Of a stretch of DNA of 64,000 nucleotides, positions 13,729-26,342 are shown in pieces (position 1 is the stretch's first letter; every line of letters begins with the position of its first letter). Below the pieces are notes generated by a model. It saw nothing but the letters and a program-made list of their open reading frames with translations. It did no database searches and was not told the DNA's origin. Source of the DNA: Adineta vaga (lineage: Eukaryota > Animalia > Rotifera); contig CP075496.1 of assembly GCA_021613535.1 (NCBI GenBank), forward strand, positions 7,068,001 to 7,132,000, written 5' to 3'. A program made the position numbers and the translations under genes.

Positions 13729-15338
13729 TTAATTTTTTTCTATAAATAAATTATCATCAGCTGTTGAATGAAGTTGATAACGTTGTGTTGAACCACATAA
13801 ATGTAATAACTGACCAAATATAAGTGGTAATGAATATTTTACATCCAATGTTTCAATTAAATCATAAGAATTAATACTTTTGATATCATGATGTTTATTC
13901 ATATATGAAACAATAGTTGAACGAAGTTCAAGGAAGATTTTATTATGTTCTTGTTCTTCATTGGATTGGTAAATAGCAGCATCGAAAAATTGTTCCATAT
14001 CAGTTTGAAGACGAATATCGAAATCTTCTTGAATTTCATCATCATCATTCATTTCCGAAGTAAATGATGGTAATGGTGATAATGGAACTAAAGCATTGTC
14101 ATCAAGTACATCAGTTATAGGTATAGGAGGTGAACGAATAGTTCGACATAAAGATTGTTTAGTTTTGAGTGAATATTGTTCTCGAATTGTTAACTGATGA
14201 ATCGTAATTGTCGGATAAATAAAGATAGAGATAATCGTTGGTGGCATATCTATAAAATAGTAAACATTATATAAAAATAAGTTTGTTTAATCATTGTATT
14301 CCTTGTTTTCTTCTTCTTTTACAAACCTTTAATTAATCCATCAAAATGTTTTCGATTGAATTTCTTGATAAAAAATTGTTCTTGTTCAATTTTGATTTTA
14401 TTTGTTATTGATTTCATTTTTTGACAACGAAACAATGCTTGTTGTTCATTATTAAGACCATGTCGAAAGATATTTAAATCAATATCATATTTGATTTTCT
14501 TCGTTCGATTTCGATTTAATTTTCTTTTATTTTGAATAATTTGATCAACAACAAGATTTTCATTATGCCACGATGATTCGAGATCATCATTATTCTCGTC
14601 ATCTGCAGAGATTGGTAATGGAATATCATTGATATCAATTATGGGTAAGTTATTGAGTGCATCAACTAATCGTTCAGGTTGTTGATCTTCATGATGATAG
14701 ATATCATTCGGTTCATTTTTAATTTCAAGTAATTCGTGATCAAAAAGTAAATCAAATATCATTGGTTGATTGTCGGTTATCCAGAATTGTTTATTACCAA
14801 TTGGAACATAATTTTGAAAAAGTTTAAGATCAAATATAGATGTACGATCCAGAAAGAAACTTTTCGTTGGATTTAAATTTATTTTATTTAAATCAGTACA
14901 TATAAATGTTCGATTTTGTTCTTTGGATTTTCTTTTCTTTTCTTGACGAGATTTTTCTGTTGGAGATTTATCTTGTTCAGAAAGAATAACTTGTTCAGAA
15001 TGTTCTTCATCTTCAGACAGTGTATCTTCCAATTGATTTTGTGATGCAGGTGATGATTGAAATGTATTGATTAATTTATAGAGTGCATCAACACGATGAG
15101 AATAGATACATGTGGATGCTGTTATTAATTGTGCAATATTTAAAAATTTACGACTTTCACCATCTTCGAAACGTTCGACATCATTACTAACATCAATTAA
15201 ATGATCTAATATAGAAAATTCTTCGAATGCATTGGATGTTGTGACGGAACTTGGCCGTTGAATTAAAGTAGCAATTGTTAAACGAGCATTTGATAAAAGT
15301 TCTGATGGTTCATTTTGACTGCTACACAACGATAACAT
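13729..15338 (-). CDS. Condensin kleisin subunit (CAP-H/Barren or CAP-H2 family), divergent
   Basis: Exons 15338-14327 and 14249-13729. N-terminal kleisin motif FLNIAQLITASTCIYSHRVDALY; C-terminal winged-helix motif SLPLIFGQLLHLC. Confidence 0.72.
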
Positions 15339-15574
15339 GTTAGATATGAAAAGAAATTCAAATGAACATGTGAATACATGTGAAGAAGAGAACGAATAAA
15401 AGGAAAACAAAAAAAATAACAATATGAATCACTTAAAGACATACATATACATACATACACGTGTTCAACAATGATAATTGCTGCTAATGTTTATATGAAA
15501 ATATCATCAGAAGATTTTTTTAAGCGCAATTCTTTCAATTGTTATTCTAAATTCCAAATAGATTATTCTATTCT

Positions 15575-16940
15575 ATGTTGCGTTCTCATTTTGAGTTCGC
15601 TTCTGTTCACTTCATTATATTCATCTTATCTGTCTCATCAGGTTAGTTACCCACTAAACAAAACAAACATTTTCTATATCACTTTATATACGTATTCTAG
15701 TATACTTTGGTGATTTCTGTTCACATGAGTTATCTTGTGATCAACCATTGATTTGTTCGAATACAAGTCGATGCGTTTGTCCTACATTGACTTCCTTCTG
15801 GAATCATAGACAAAATACTTGTCTCACTTGTTCTCATGGATGGATCGAATGGAACCAAGAAAAATGTCTTCTATTCATTGCACCATCTGATCGAGGCATT
15901 ACGCATGAACATGCAAGAGATGTTTGTTTGACACAATCAGCACAATTATTGAAGATACATAGTGATGAAGATTTTCGTCAATTTGAAGATAAAACTGAGG
16001 AACTGGTGAAAAGTAAACATGGTAACCGATTGATTGAATTTTTGAACAATGGTGTTTGGATTGATGTGATTGTTGGTGAGTGACGAGATGAACATGCTAT
16101 CAAATGATTACTGTATATAGACGCGGATCACGCCATTGCATATAATTGGTGTGACGGAAGCAATGAAGGTGAAATATATCCATGGAATGATTGTATTTTT
16201 ATCAGAAAGCAATTATTAAACCTGAAGAATAATACATTACTTTGTTTAAATCATATGCAATGCAATGAAACTTTGTCATATATCTGTGAGAGTAAGTAAT
16301 TCATCTCCTATAGCATGATTATATTTGTCCATTTACACTAGTATTTTGTAGAATCGGCATTTGTAGATAATCAACAAAGCGATGTAAAATATCAGGAAAG
16401 ATTCATTGGTATGATCGGTGGTTTAGTGAGTAATTTATTTTTTCCTACCGGTAAGAATATTAGAATTATATATTTAAATACATTCATATCTTGTGGATTT
16501 CTAGCGGCGACATCAGCAACAACAGCAGCAGCACAAATCATCTGTAAAAATTTAATAAATATTGACTTTTCGAAATGCTTTTTCTTAGTTTAGATGTTAC
16601 TAATCCACCACAACAAATATTACCACGTATGTTATCAAATCATTCACATCATCTCTAATTCTATATCTATCTAACAGAAGCTTCAAAATCGAATAGTACC
16701 ATTCTAATTATTGCAAGTAAGTTTTCTTCTATATGTCAATTTCGACGTTTTATTTGCATATTAGTTGTTGCCGTTGTATTTATCGTGGTATTGATAGTGA
16801 TTTTTTGTTGCTGTTGCGGTGGTGGTTTTCTTCTTTGGAACAGTGATCAAAAATCAAAAGCGCCAACTCATTCTTCACCTTCTCGACGACGACGTGATCG
16901 AACTAGTGTTGATTCAACTGCTAGTGATGCTACATATTGA
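15575..16940 (+). CDS. Cys-rich module + C-type lectin + TM receptor, tandem copy A
   Basis: Signal exon from 15575; FGDFCSHELSCDQPLICSNTSRCVCP..SFWN....CLTCSHGW....KCLLF; ARDVC...AQLL; GVWID; WCD; LSYICE; Ser/Thr stalk; TM followed by CCCCGGG; stop TGA 16938-16940. Confidence 0.85.
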
Positions 16941-17106
16941 TTCAAATTTAGCGATAATGATTTTCAAAATCGAATTTCTTATATCGCAAATCAAATGCTC
17001 TCATGTCTCTTTTGTTTATGTAAACTTTAAAAAATAATTTCGCTCAAATTCGTTGTATAGTAACAATGAATATCTTTTATTCTAAGTTTGAAATAAATTC
17101 TATTCT

Positions 17107-18437
17107 ATGTTGCGTTCTCATTTTGAGTTCGCTTCTGTTCACTTCTTTATATTCATCTTATCTGTCTCATCAGGTTCGTCACGTGTTCACCAATGTTTTC
17201 ATTATCTAAATATCTCTCTTGTAGTATCATTCGGAAATTTTTGTTCACATGAGTTATCTTGTGATCAACCATTGATTTGTTCGAATACAAGTCGATGCGT
17301 TTGTCCTACATTGACTTCCTTCTGGAATCAGAAACAAAATACTTGTCTCACTTGTTCTCATGGATGGATCGAATGGAACCAAGAAAAATGTCTTCTATTC
17401 ATTGCACCATCTGATCGAGGCATTACGCATGAACATGCAAGAGATGTTTGTTTGACACAATCAGCACAATTGTTGAAGATACACAGTGACGAAGATTTTC
17501 GTCAATTTGAAGATAAAACTGAGGAACTGGTGAAAAGTAAACATGGTAACCGATTGATTGAATTTTTGAACAATGGTGTTTGGATTGATGTGATTGTTGG
17601 TAGTGACGAGATGAACATGCTATCAAATGATTACTGTATATAGACATGCAAGATAGAAATCCACAGGAATGGTGGTGTAATTCCAAGCATAAATATAGCA
17701 TGTCTTTGGAACAGAAATGTATGCATATGATACGGCAACCTTCGAAAAGTGACGAAACTATCTCACTTTGTTTAAATTATACTGATTGCGATGAGAAACT
17801 ACCATACATTTGTGAAAGTTAGTTTTATATACTAATCAATTATTCATTTTATATACCATATAGGATTGGCTGATATTGTTATGACATACAATGAAAGAAA
17901 TGAGTCTACGAATCAAGAGCGAGTATGGACGGCATTAATTGGACCTGCTCTTAATCTTGTTGGATCAATTTTTGGTTCAAATCGTATGTTTTACATTGAA
18001 GTCTTATCGATTAAATTTCTTTCAGTAAAACTAACATACATCTTTTATTAGAACAACCAGCTCCACAACCACAACCACCAGAAATACGTAAGAAATCACC
18101 AAACTTATAAAAGAAAAACTTTAGATTTGTTATTGTAGAGATTATTACTGCGCCCTCCGAACCTCAAGCTCAAGCTGCACCAGAAAATGATAATACGATA
18201 TTATATATAGTGTGTAAGTTAACATTTAAACTGTGTCAAATTATACGTATATAAAAGACATTCAATATTTTAGTGGCTGTTGTTACTATTATTATCGTTG
18301 TTGTGATTATCCTACTTTTTTTTTGTGGTGGTGGTCTATTATATTTTTGTACAAATAAGACAAATTCGATTCCACATCCTCGTTCGCGACACGATCGATC
18401 TAGTATCGATTCGAATATATCTACCGTTAGTCGTTAA
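17107..18437 (+). CDS. Cys-rich module + C-type lectin + TM receptor, tandem copy B
   Basis: Same exon organisation as copy A. The 5' half is nearly identical and the 3' half is diverged (WWCNSK, LPYICE, Pro-rich stalk, TM, FCGGG). Stop TAA 18435-18437. Confidence 0.85.
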
Positions 18438-18526
18438 ACATCAGTTATTTGAATATACAACATTCTTACCGTTATCATAAATCGCCCTTTATCTCTCATA
18501 TTTTACAAACCATATTTTACTATTCT

Positions 18527-19453
18527 ATGTTATACTTTCTCCTTGGATTCATCGAAGTTCTATATACATTACTCAACTTATCTACCTCATCTTTAGGTAA
18601 TATAAACTAAGGTGAGTTTTAATCTATTGTATTATTTTTCTATTGCTATAGCTATTGCATAATTTAATGAATCGTGTTCTGATAATTTATGATGTATCGA
18701 TCCATTGATATATTCAACTATTAAAACATGTATATGTCCTGAATCATGCTTGTTTTGGAATGCTGAACAAAATGATTGTTTCTACTGGCAACCGGAATGG
18801 ATTATATGAAGTAAAAATCGTTGTATTTCATTTGATGTACCGTTGAAGCATGGTCTTTCATATAATTAAGCAAATGATATTTGGCAATGATTTTCAGCTG
18901 AACTTTATCAGATAAATACTATGGATGAATTCAGAAAATTTGAATTTGAATTGAATCTATTACTATATCCAACATTCTCAAGTCCCATCACTATATTATT
19001 TCGTCTGGGTGCATAAATATATCGATCGACGAGTAAAAGAATCGGACTTGTTTGTTTTTATATGTCGATTATATTGCGAAATATTTGGTGTAATGATGCC
19101 ATCAATAATTTGAATGTGGATTGTTTGGTGGAAATAGGATGTATAGAAATTAGAGACATACCAGAACTCTTGTCTTCTCTATGAAGGTCAACCTCAAGGA
19201 CCTGCGACACTAAAATCATTTGCACAAAGTAAATTCTGTAGCACGGTAATTCTGATTTTGTTATGTTACTTAGAAATATGTGGAATCATCATGGGATAAT
19301 ACTGTACTTTACATTGAACTTGCTATCGGTGGTTTTGTATTACTTCTGATAATATGTGGTATTGATGTTCTAATCATGATTTATATTGGATATATAAAAA
19401 ATTCTCCATCTTTTCCACAAACAAACAATCGAACTAGTATTACAAGTGCATAA
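18527..19453 (+). pseudogene. Decayed third tandem Cys-rich/C-type lectin receptor copy
   Basis: Signal exon MLYFLLGFIEVLYTLLNLSTSSL, then AIA*FNESCSDNL*CIDPLIYST.KTCICPESCLFWNAEQNDCFYWQPEWII*SKNRCISF...LSYN*ANDIWQ*FSAELYQI. At least five in-frame stops and lost cysteines; TM remnant near 19300-19390. Confidence 0.85.
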
Positions 19454-19649
19454 AGCTACAGATAATTTGAATAAATAAACTAGAAATAATATTCAAATTG
19501 GGAGATGCTCTACATGGAAATAGATTTGATTTCCATCTGTTCAATCAATAGTCGTTTAAACTGATACGAGCACAGGAAGCGCCTAAATTTCTTTTGAATA
19601 TTTCTCATTTCTAAATCTATCTTCCGTCAGTCTTCCTTTCAGTTCTCTT

Positions 19650-20786
19650 ATGATTTGGCATATCTGTTTCGTTTCCTTAACTCATTTATTTGAAATTCAA
19701 CTCTTCTCTTCTTCTCCTACTTATTCAAATAGTTATCAAAACGTTTATCTTTCATGGACAGATAAAACATATCAACAACTTTTTATAGAGCTGAATAGAA
19801 CTAGTAATAAATACATCGATCAATGTGATCAAAAGCTAGAATATGATATTGCTACATGTTTATTAGTAAAAGATCATTTCCCTCAACAATACAAATGTCA
19901 AACCGTGAAGCCATACGATTTACAATACAGATACAAACGACAAGTTGATGATAAATCAAAACGAACGTCACATGTATCTTCGATATTTATTATTGGAATA
20001 TCATGTTTTGTAATTGGTATTATAGTCGGTATTGCGTTTACGATATATATTACAATGAGAAAACAAAGATACGAAAAGGAAAATTTAAGTGACAAAACAG
20101 ATACAAGACTTAAATCTTTACCTATCAATAACGAAATGACAAGTGAATTGTACGTTTATCCATAAGAAATATTTATTCGTTCGTTAACCGATTGTCAGCA
20201 TTCTTGTCATAAATAGTAATAAGTTTAGCTTACTATTTTCAATCAAGACAAATATCAACTATACGAGATGAGTAGTCTAGTTCCACGGCCTAATTTTGCT
20301 TGATTAATCTAAAAAGTGCTTGCAATTTATGAAATTATCTTTGCAATAGGCGACAAACAAAAACAAAGCCACCTGTAAATCTTTTCAGTATTACTCAACC
20401 ATCCATACGAAGAGAACGAGGTATTGTAATTTATTGATCTTTCCAAAGCAACGAAAATATTTTCATATCTCCATAGATATACCTGACAATACATTAGTTA
20501 CTTTAGATCGATACAAAATGTTACCAAATCAATCGCCTAAACGTGAGCAAAGTATGAATAGATTGATTATTTGAGTATACATTTGAATGCACTTCTTTTA
20601 AACTAAGTATCAATGCAGAGACCTGCTCTCTCAAATTTAGCATACATGAAATCTGCAGTCACATTTGGAAATCAATCAACAAGTAAAGGTCCAATGAAAC
20701 AACTGTACACTACATCGAAAAATGCGAACTACAAAACAAAATGTTATTCTCGCCGTCAGTATACTTTCCGATCAAAATCTTGTTAA
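19650..20786 (+). CDS. Uncharacterised type I membrane protein with short Cys-containing ectodomain
   Basis: Four exons splice in frame to TAA 20784-20786. Signal-like start, RYKR furin-like site, TM IFIIGISCFVIGIIVGIAFTIYI and a basic cytoplasmic tail. Confidence 0.7.
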
Positions 20787-20939
20787 ATCCAGTACTTTTC
20801 CGTTTTTAAACTGGAGTTTTTTTCCCCTGAATTGCATTAAAATGAAAAGTAAACCATGACTAGTACAAAAGCATTCATGCGAGAAAGTTTCTACTCCTCG
20901 ATACATGCTCTTAGGTTGCATAATCATAATATTCTCGAA

Positions 20940-22460
20940 TTATTCAAATTCATCAAATCTTTGTATGGAAGATCCACTTGGTTTGTTCTTCTGTTGTTTT
21001 TGTTCGACCAAATCGATGATTGAATGTTGAAATCCAATCTCATTTTCTTCATTAACATCACTGGATACAGTTGCCTCACTTATAACGGATGGACGTACAT
21101 CACTGGAAATGCGATGAACTCTATTATGACGATCAATTTGCGATGATTTATTAAATTTTTGACGATGTTTTTTCAGATAGAAAATACTAATTATAATGGC
21201 TGCTATTAGTAATAAGATAAGTGCTAAGATAATAATGATAGTTTTAGTATTTTCTGTAGAAAAAAAAATTCAATATTATGATTTTTGTGCTATAGAAAAA
21301 TCAGAAGTTACTGTTAGATTTTGATGTTCCAGGTTTAGTGAGCATTCCCAAATTATTGCTCGTATCTGTAATTGGATCTTTATTTATATTAACACCATTG
21401 ATAGATGAATTTGAAGTGTTACCTTTGGAATTCATTATAACAGAATTAGTTATTGAATTTATGACTGCATTCAAAGTTAAACAATAACAATACATAACTC
21501 AAGATGAAATCAACATACCTGTAGATACAGGAAATTTTACAGCAGTTGATTCAGCTAGAAAAACAGACATTTTTCCTATACAATTCTCTGTATCATACAT
21601 GAAAACTGTACAAACATCGTTCACAAACAAATGGATGTAATTGTGTACAGATTATGTCATCAAGACACAATGCTAGATTTGCAGTTCTTCCTCGTCGATA
21701 TAAAATACATTGTTCACGTTCACTACCAACTATTTTTCGAGTTGGTTCATTGTACGTATGTTGATAACCTAGATGAGGTGTATTCTTTTTACACCACCAG
21801 CTATGATTACTATCAAATGATGGTATATTCCGATCTTCCCATGTATATAAACGAACTAAACAAATGCATATAATAAATTAAGATTCTTTCTCCTTCATGA
21901 TCGATGTATCTTACGATTAGTGAATTGAACTGCTTGCCCACTTGTCCAACCAATAGTTCTGTCAATTAGACCAGATGCTTGTCTTTTCCGTTGAGAATTA
22001 GCATTCGTTGCTCGATAGAAAAGTGGAAGTATCGAAATATCACGTAGACTAATTAAACTTCCTTGCATACTTTCACATGTTGCTTGAGCATCTACTCGAG
22101 TTTTTACAACTCCATAATAACCAATACATGCTGTATCTATTCAGAACAGGAGAAACAAAAACAGATTTAAAATTCTTCGATAATTTTGTCTATGTCAACC
22201 AATATTTTCCAGTGACTCGGGCATGGCAAACAACGACCACCTGTCCAGAAGAGATGATTCTTCCAATCACATTTACATCGACCAGATATACATAACATAC
22301 CAGGAAAATTGCATTTTGTAGTACATACAGTATTATATACTGATGTTACTAAATCATAATTGAAAATGATGTCGAAGTCCTTTGTTTATGTACAATTCAT
22401 CTTACCTGTAATCGTTTGATAAAATATAACTAAGAAGAACTGAATTAACAAGAAACGCAT
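20940..22460 (-). CDS. Cys-rich module + C-type lectin + TM receptor
   Basis: Signal MRFLLIQFFLVIFYQTIT; YNTVCTTKC....CISGRCKCDWKNHLFWTGGRCLPCPSHW; ACIGYY....DAQATCESMQGSLISL; GWTSG; Ser/Asn-rich stalk; TM IIIILALILLLIAAIIISIFYL; stop at 20942-20940. Confidence 0.82.
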
Positions 22461-23759
22461 AGATTCAAATCTTGATAAATGATATAGATAACGAAGGATT
22501 ATAGTTGAACTTATAAGTTCAACGAAGATGTCTCTCTATCGATGAATAATATACCCGCGCTTTACTATAGAATTCTAGTTTCACATTTGTTTATGCATGA
22601 AAATTTATCACTCAATCGAACATTGAAGATTTATCTATTAGCAATCTTTATTTCCAGAGACATCCCTTCTTTCTTTTCATATTCATACACAAACACAAAC
22701 ATAAAGAAAACATGAAGCAATACAACGATTAATAGAATCCATTTATAGGAAAAACAAGAAGAAAAATAGTTTATACAAGAAATGAAAACAGCAACAGAAA
22801 AGAAGTAAGGGAAAAAATTCAAATAGCCATCATTCATTCGAATCGTTGACCTAGAAGAAATACAGAATTTAATATTAATACTTAACACATGTTTACTGAT
22901 TCAGACTATAGTTAGAATTTTCTGACACTCAGAATTCGAAATATATCTTTCATAAACACTCAAACTTGTTTAGATACCAAAACAGTAGCTGATGTAATCT
23001 ATTTTTCAATTTGATTACAGAATAAAGTGATTAATGCTCGCTATTATCATGTATTTCAAGAATAAAATATTAATGGAATGAAATAAGTATCTTTCCTTTC
23101 GGAAGAATTCAATTAACTCGAAAAAACATACCACTAAATACGCACTCAAGATGATTTATTTTACTCGTTACCATTGTTCAACAATATCGATCATGTACAA
23201 ATGTTTCATATTTGAATAACATTATTTATTCATTATTTGGAAAAATTGACTCTTTATATATATTATATATATATATACATACTGATGAATAAAAATAGCA
23301 TCTTGCATCGTATGAAAATATTTCGTATCATCAATGGGAAACAAAAAATAGAAGAACAATTTAACAACTATGCATGAAATATCACGGAATAAGCATATAT
23401 CTCAAGTTCATATGTTTGTAAAAAACAAATAATAAAAGAAAAATTCATAGAAATAAAATCCAACTTTTGCAAAAAAACATAACAAAAACGATTATGTGAC
23501 GTTATGAGCAGAAAAAAGAAAATGAAAAACATATATTTGACTATTCATTATATCATATCATAAACTAGATGAGATCCATTCTACTACTGTCAACATTAGT
23601 ACCGGGATAAAAAAAATCACGTGTACGCACACACACATGCCGATGAAGAAGTAAAAAAAAAGGTTTAAAATACAGAAAAGTGAGTAATTGGACAGCTTAC
23701 CAGATTGTCGGTGTTGCTCGGGTGTTGTTGTTTTTTTTATATGAACAAAAAAATAGTTC

Positions 23760-25745
23760 TTAACGTCGTCGATGATCGCGACTATATTTGTTATCATAAT
23801 CTTCATTACGTCGATATTCATTTCGATCACGTGGACTACGTGTACGATGACGATGTTTCTTACGCGATTCACGAGGTGAGCCAGATCGACTTCGTTGACG
23901 TTGTCTGAAAAAATGAATTTCATGTTTATAGTAAAAGTACACAATGAGTGTATTACCGTTGTCCATATGATTTATCCTCGATTCCTTTTAAAGTATCATG
24001 TAGAGAGCTAATCAAAATCCTACAACGATCATCATTTGCTATTTTCGATTGTTTAATTAGTGAAACAGCTGTAACTAAAGTTTCAATAGCTGTGCCAAAT
24101 TCACCTAAAGAATCAAAAGAACAATAATGAGAGAAAACGACAACAAAATAAGTATAAATTATGAACCGGCAGATGCATCTTGAACAGCACGAGTAATTGC
24201 ACTACTTGAAACATTTTTATTTTGTTCCATAATTTCTTGAAATTCAGATTCACTTATCTGTCCCATACTTGCGGATGCATCAGCACTACGATAGTATGGA
24301 TCAGTATGTGATTGACCAGGAGCAGAAAGACCATGTGGTGGTGCCTGTAATTTCATAAATTGTATTAGTTAATAAGTTTTGTTTTTTTTCAAATAAAAGT
24401 AACATACCCCTTGACCGGGAAAAGGTTGACCAGGATAATAACTAGATGGATGTTGACCTTGAATCATTGACATCGAATTCGATGAGACAGGAACACCTAA
24501 AAGAGTGGAATAGTTGTTTAGATCAAGATGAAAGAATACTGGTTTATGAAATCAATTTACCTGGTGCTCCAGGTCGAACGGGCTGACGAACAACACGACC
24601 CTATTGCTCCATGAGGTAAACCAGGACGTTGTGAGGATGGCATGAGAATTACAGGCTGCTGTGGGTGTGCCCCAGGCATACGATTCAAAACCATTGGATT
24701 GCCTGGTAAAGGACCACGGAGACCAAGACCCATCTGCATTGGTGAAGGAGCCATACCACCTGGCAGAAGAACAGATCCTTGTGGAGGAAAACGATATGAT
24801 CCATCCATTGGACCACCACGATGCATTGGAAATGGAAGTCTCATTTGTTGATGTCCCATAGGACGAGCTAAGAATTCGAATAGATTTTTTTTTTTAGATC
24901 ACATTGAACGATATTTTATGAAGACTTACGAGGTGGTGCATTCATCGGTGGCACTGATTCCATAGGTCCATCTTTTCGTGTTGTACCTTCAAAAAAACTC
25001 AATGATTGTTTATTACAAGGTAAAACTGTTGGTGGTTGTCCATGAATTTCTTTTTTAGGCATTTTCTCTAAAATTATTCGAGATGATGCATCAGAACCGA
25101 CAGTAACTACAGCAAAGCTAAATAGAAATGGAAAATAAAGTATTCAAGAAAACTTCAATCAAAAATGTGCTTACCCTTTTGATTGTCCATTCACACGATT
25201 TTCATGAAATTTTACTTCAAGTAAATCATTAATTCCTAATTCATGGATAGCATCTACTAAATTCATATCTGTTGTCCACTAAAAAAATGGAAAGAAAATA
25301 TTTCAATAAAATTCTTCTACTTTTTAGTTTCACAACATACCCAAGTGAGTTGACCAACATAAAGTGAAACTCGTTTGCCTGCATAACTATTTGATGATGA
25401 ATTTCCACTTGTAATAAATCCATTCATTTGATCCATTCGAGCACTATTTTGATTCACTGTATTTGTTATATCAGTGAAATCAGTTACTGATGATTGCGTT
25501 GTAATTACATCATCGTATAAATCATTATCTTGCGCTAGATGTTGAAAATGTTCATCGTGTGTTCCATAATTATCTCCTGTTTCCTAGAAGAAGAAAAAAA
25601 TGCGAAAACAACAATAAATTATTTTCATTTTCGAAAAACAATATTTTCTTACAGTGTCAAGTTCATTTTCAACAACATCTGCATATAGATCAATTTCTGT
25701 ATCACCACTAGGATTACCAGGAGTTGTTACTTCTGCATCAGCCAT
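23760..25745 (-). CDS. CPSF6: Cleavage and polyadenylation specificity factor subunit 6 (CFIm68)
   Basis: MAD...EIDLYADV; [32 protein letters not shown]; Pro/Gly-rich middle; [31 protein letters not shown]; [23 protein letters not shown]; RS-rich tail. Confidence 0.95.
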
Positions 25746-26342
25746 TGATTTTCTTTTGCAATAGAAGTAAAAATCTGAAATAAGCCAATCGTTTTATAAA
25801 TAGAAGATCTAATAATACGAACGAGGAGATCTTTCATTAAATATCAATTCTTTCAAGTATAGTATTTATTCGTCAAACGGCAAATAGAGATAGATAGATT
25901 TATTTTCTTTCCCATGTTACCATTTGTCATGAATAAGACCTCTAATATTTTATCGTTCAATAAATAAAATTTCATATAAAATAAATTGAAATAATTTTTC
26001 TACAGAATCAAACATGCAATCAATCATCAGTTGATTTGAACTATTTCATAACAGACTGAAATAGATGTCGCCAAAAGTCAAGTATATACCAACTGTATTT
26101 CACATAATATTTCTTGTTGTTTATTGAAAAACTAAACCAATCTCAAACAGTGTTTTCTTTGAACATTCAACGAATAAATCATTTCTGCCGAGAAAGGTTA
26201 CCGAAAAACAAAGAGAAAAAAGTATTAGACAACATGAAAAAGACAAGAAATAACATTTTTTTCTCACGGGTTTCTGTACAAAAAACAACCGAACTCTACG
26301 AGTTCAAAAAAACAAAATATATATATATATTAGAGACAAGAT

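Noticed and set aside
16402-16545. Literal homology of FIGMIGG...ATTAAAQII to paramyxovirus fusion peptides (endogenous viral element)
   Set aside because: Short low-complexity similarity split by an intron, not kept in copy B, and no other viral sequence. Only the general amphipathic character is reported.
23558-24861. Overlapping alternative-frame and antisense ORFs in CPSF6
   Set aside because: By-products of RS-rich and Pro/Gly-rich coding sequence.
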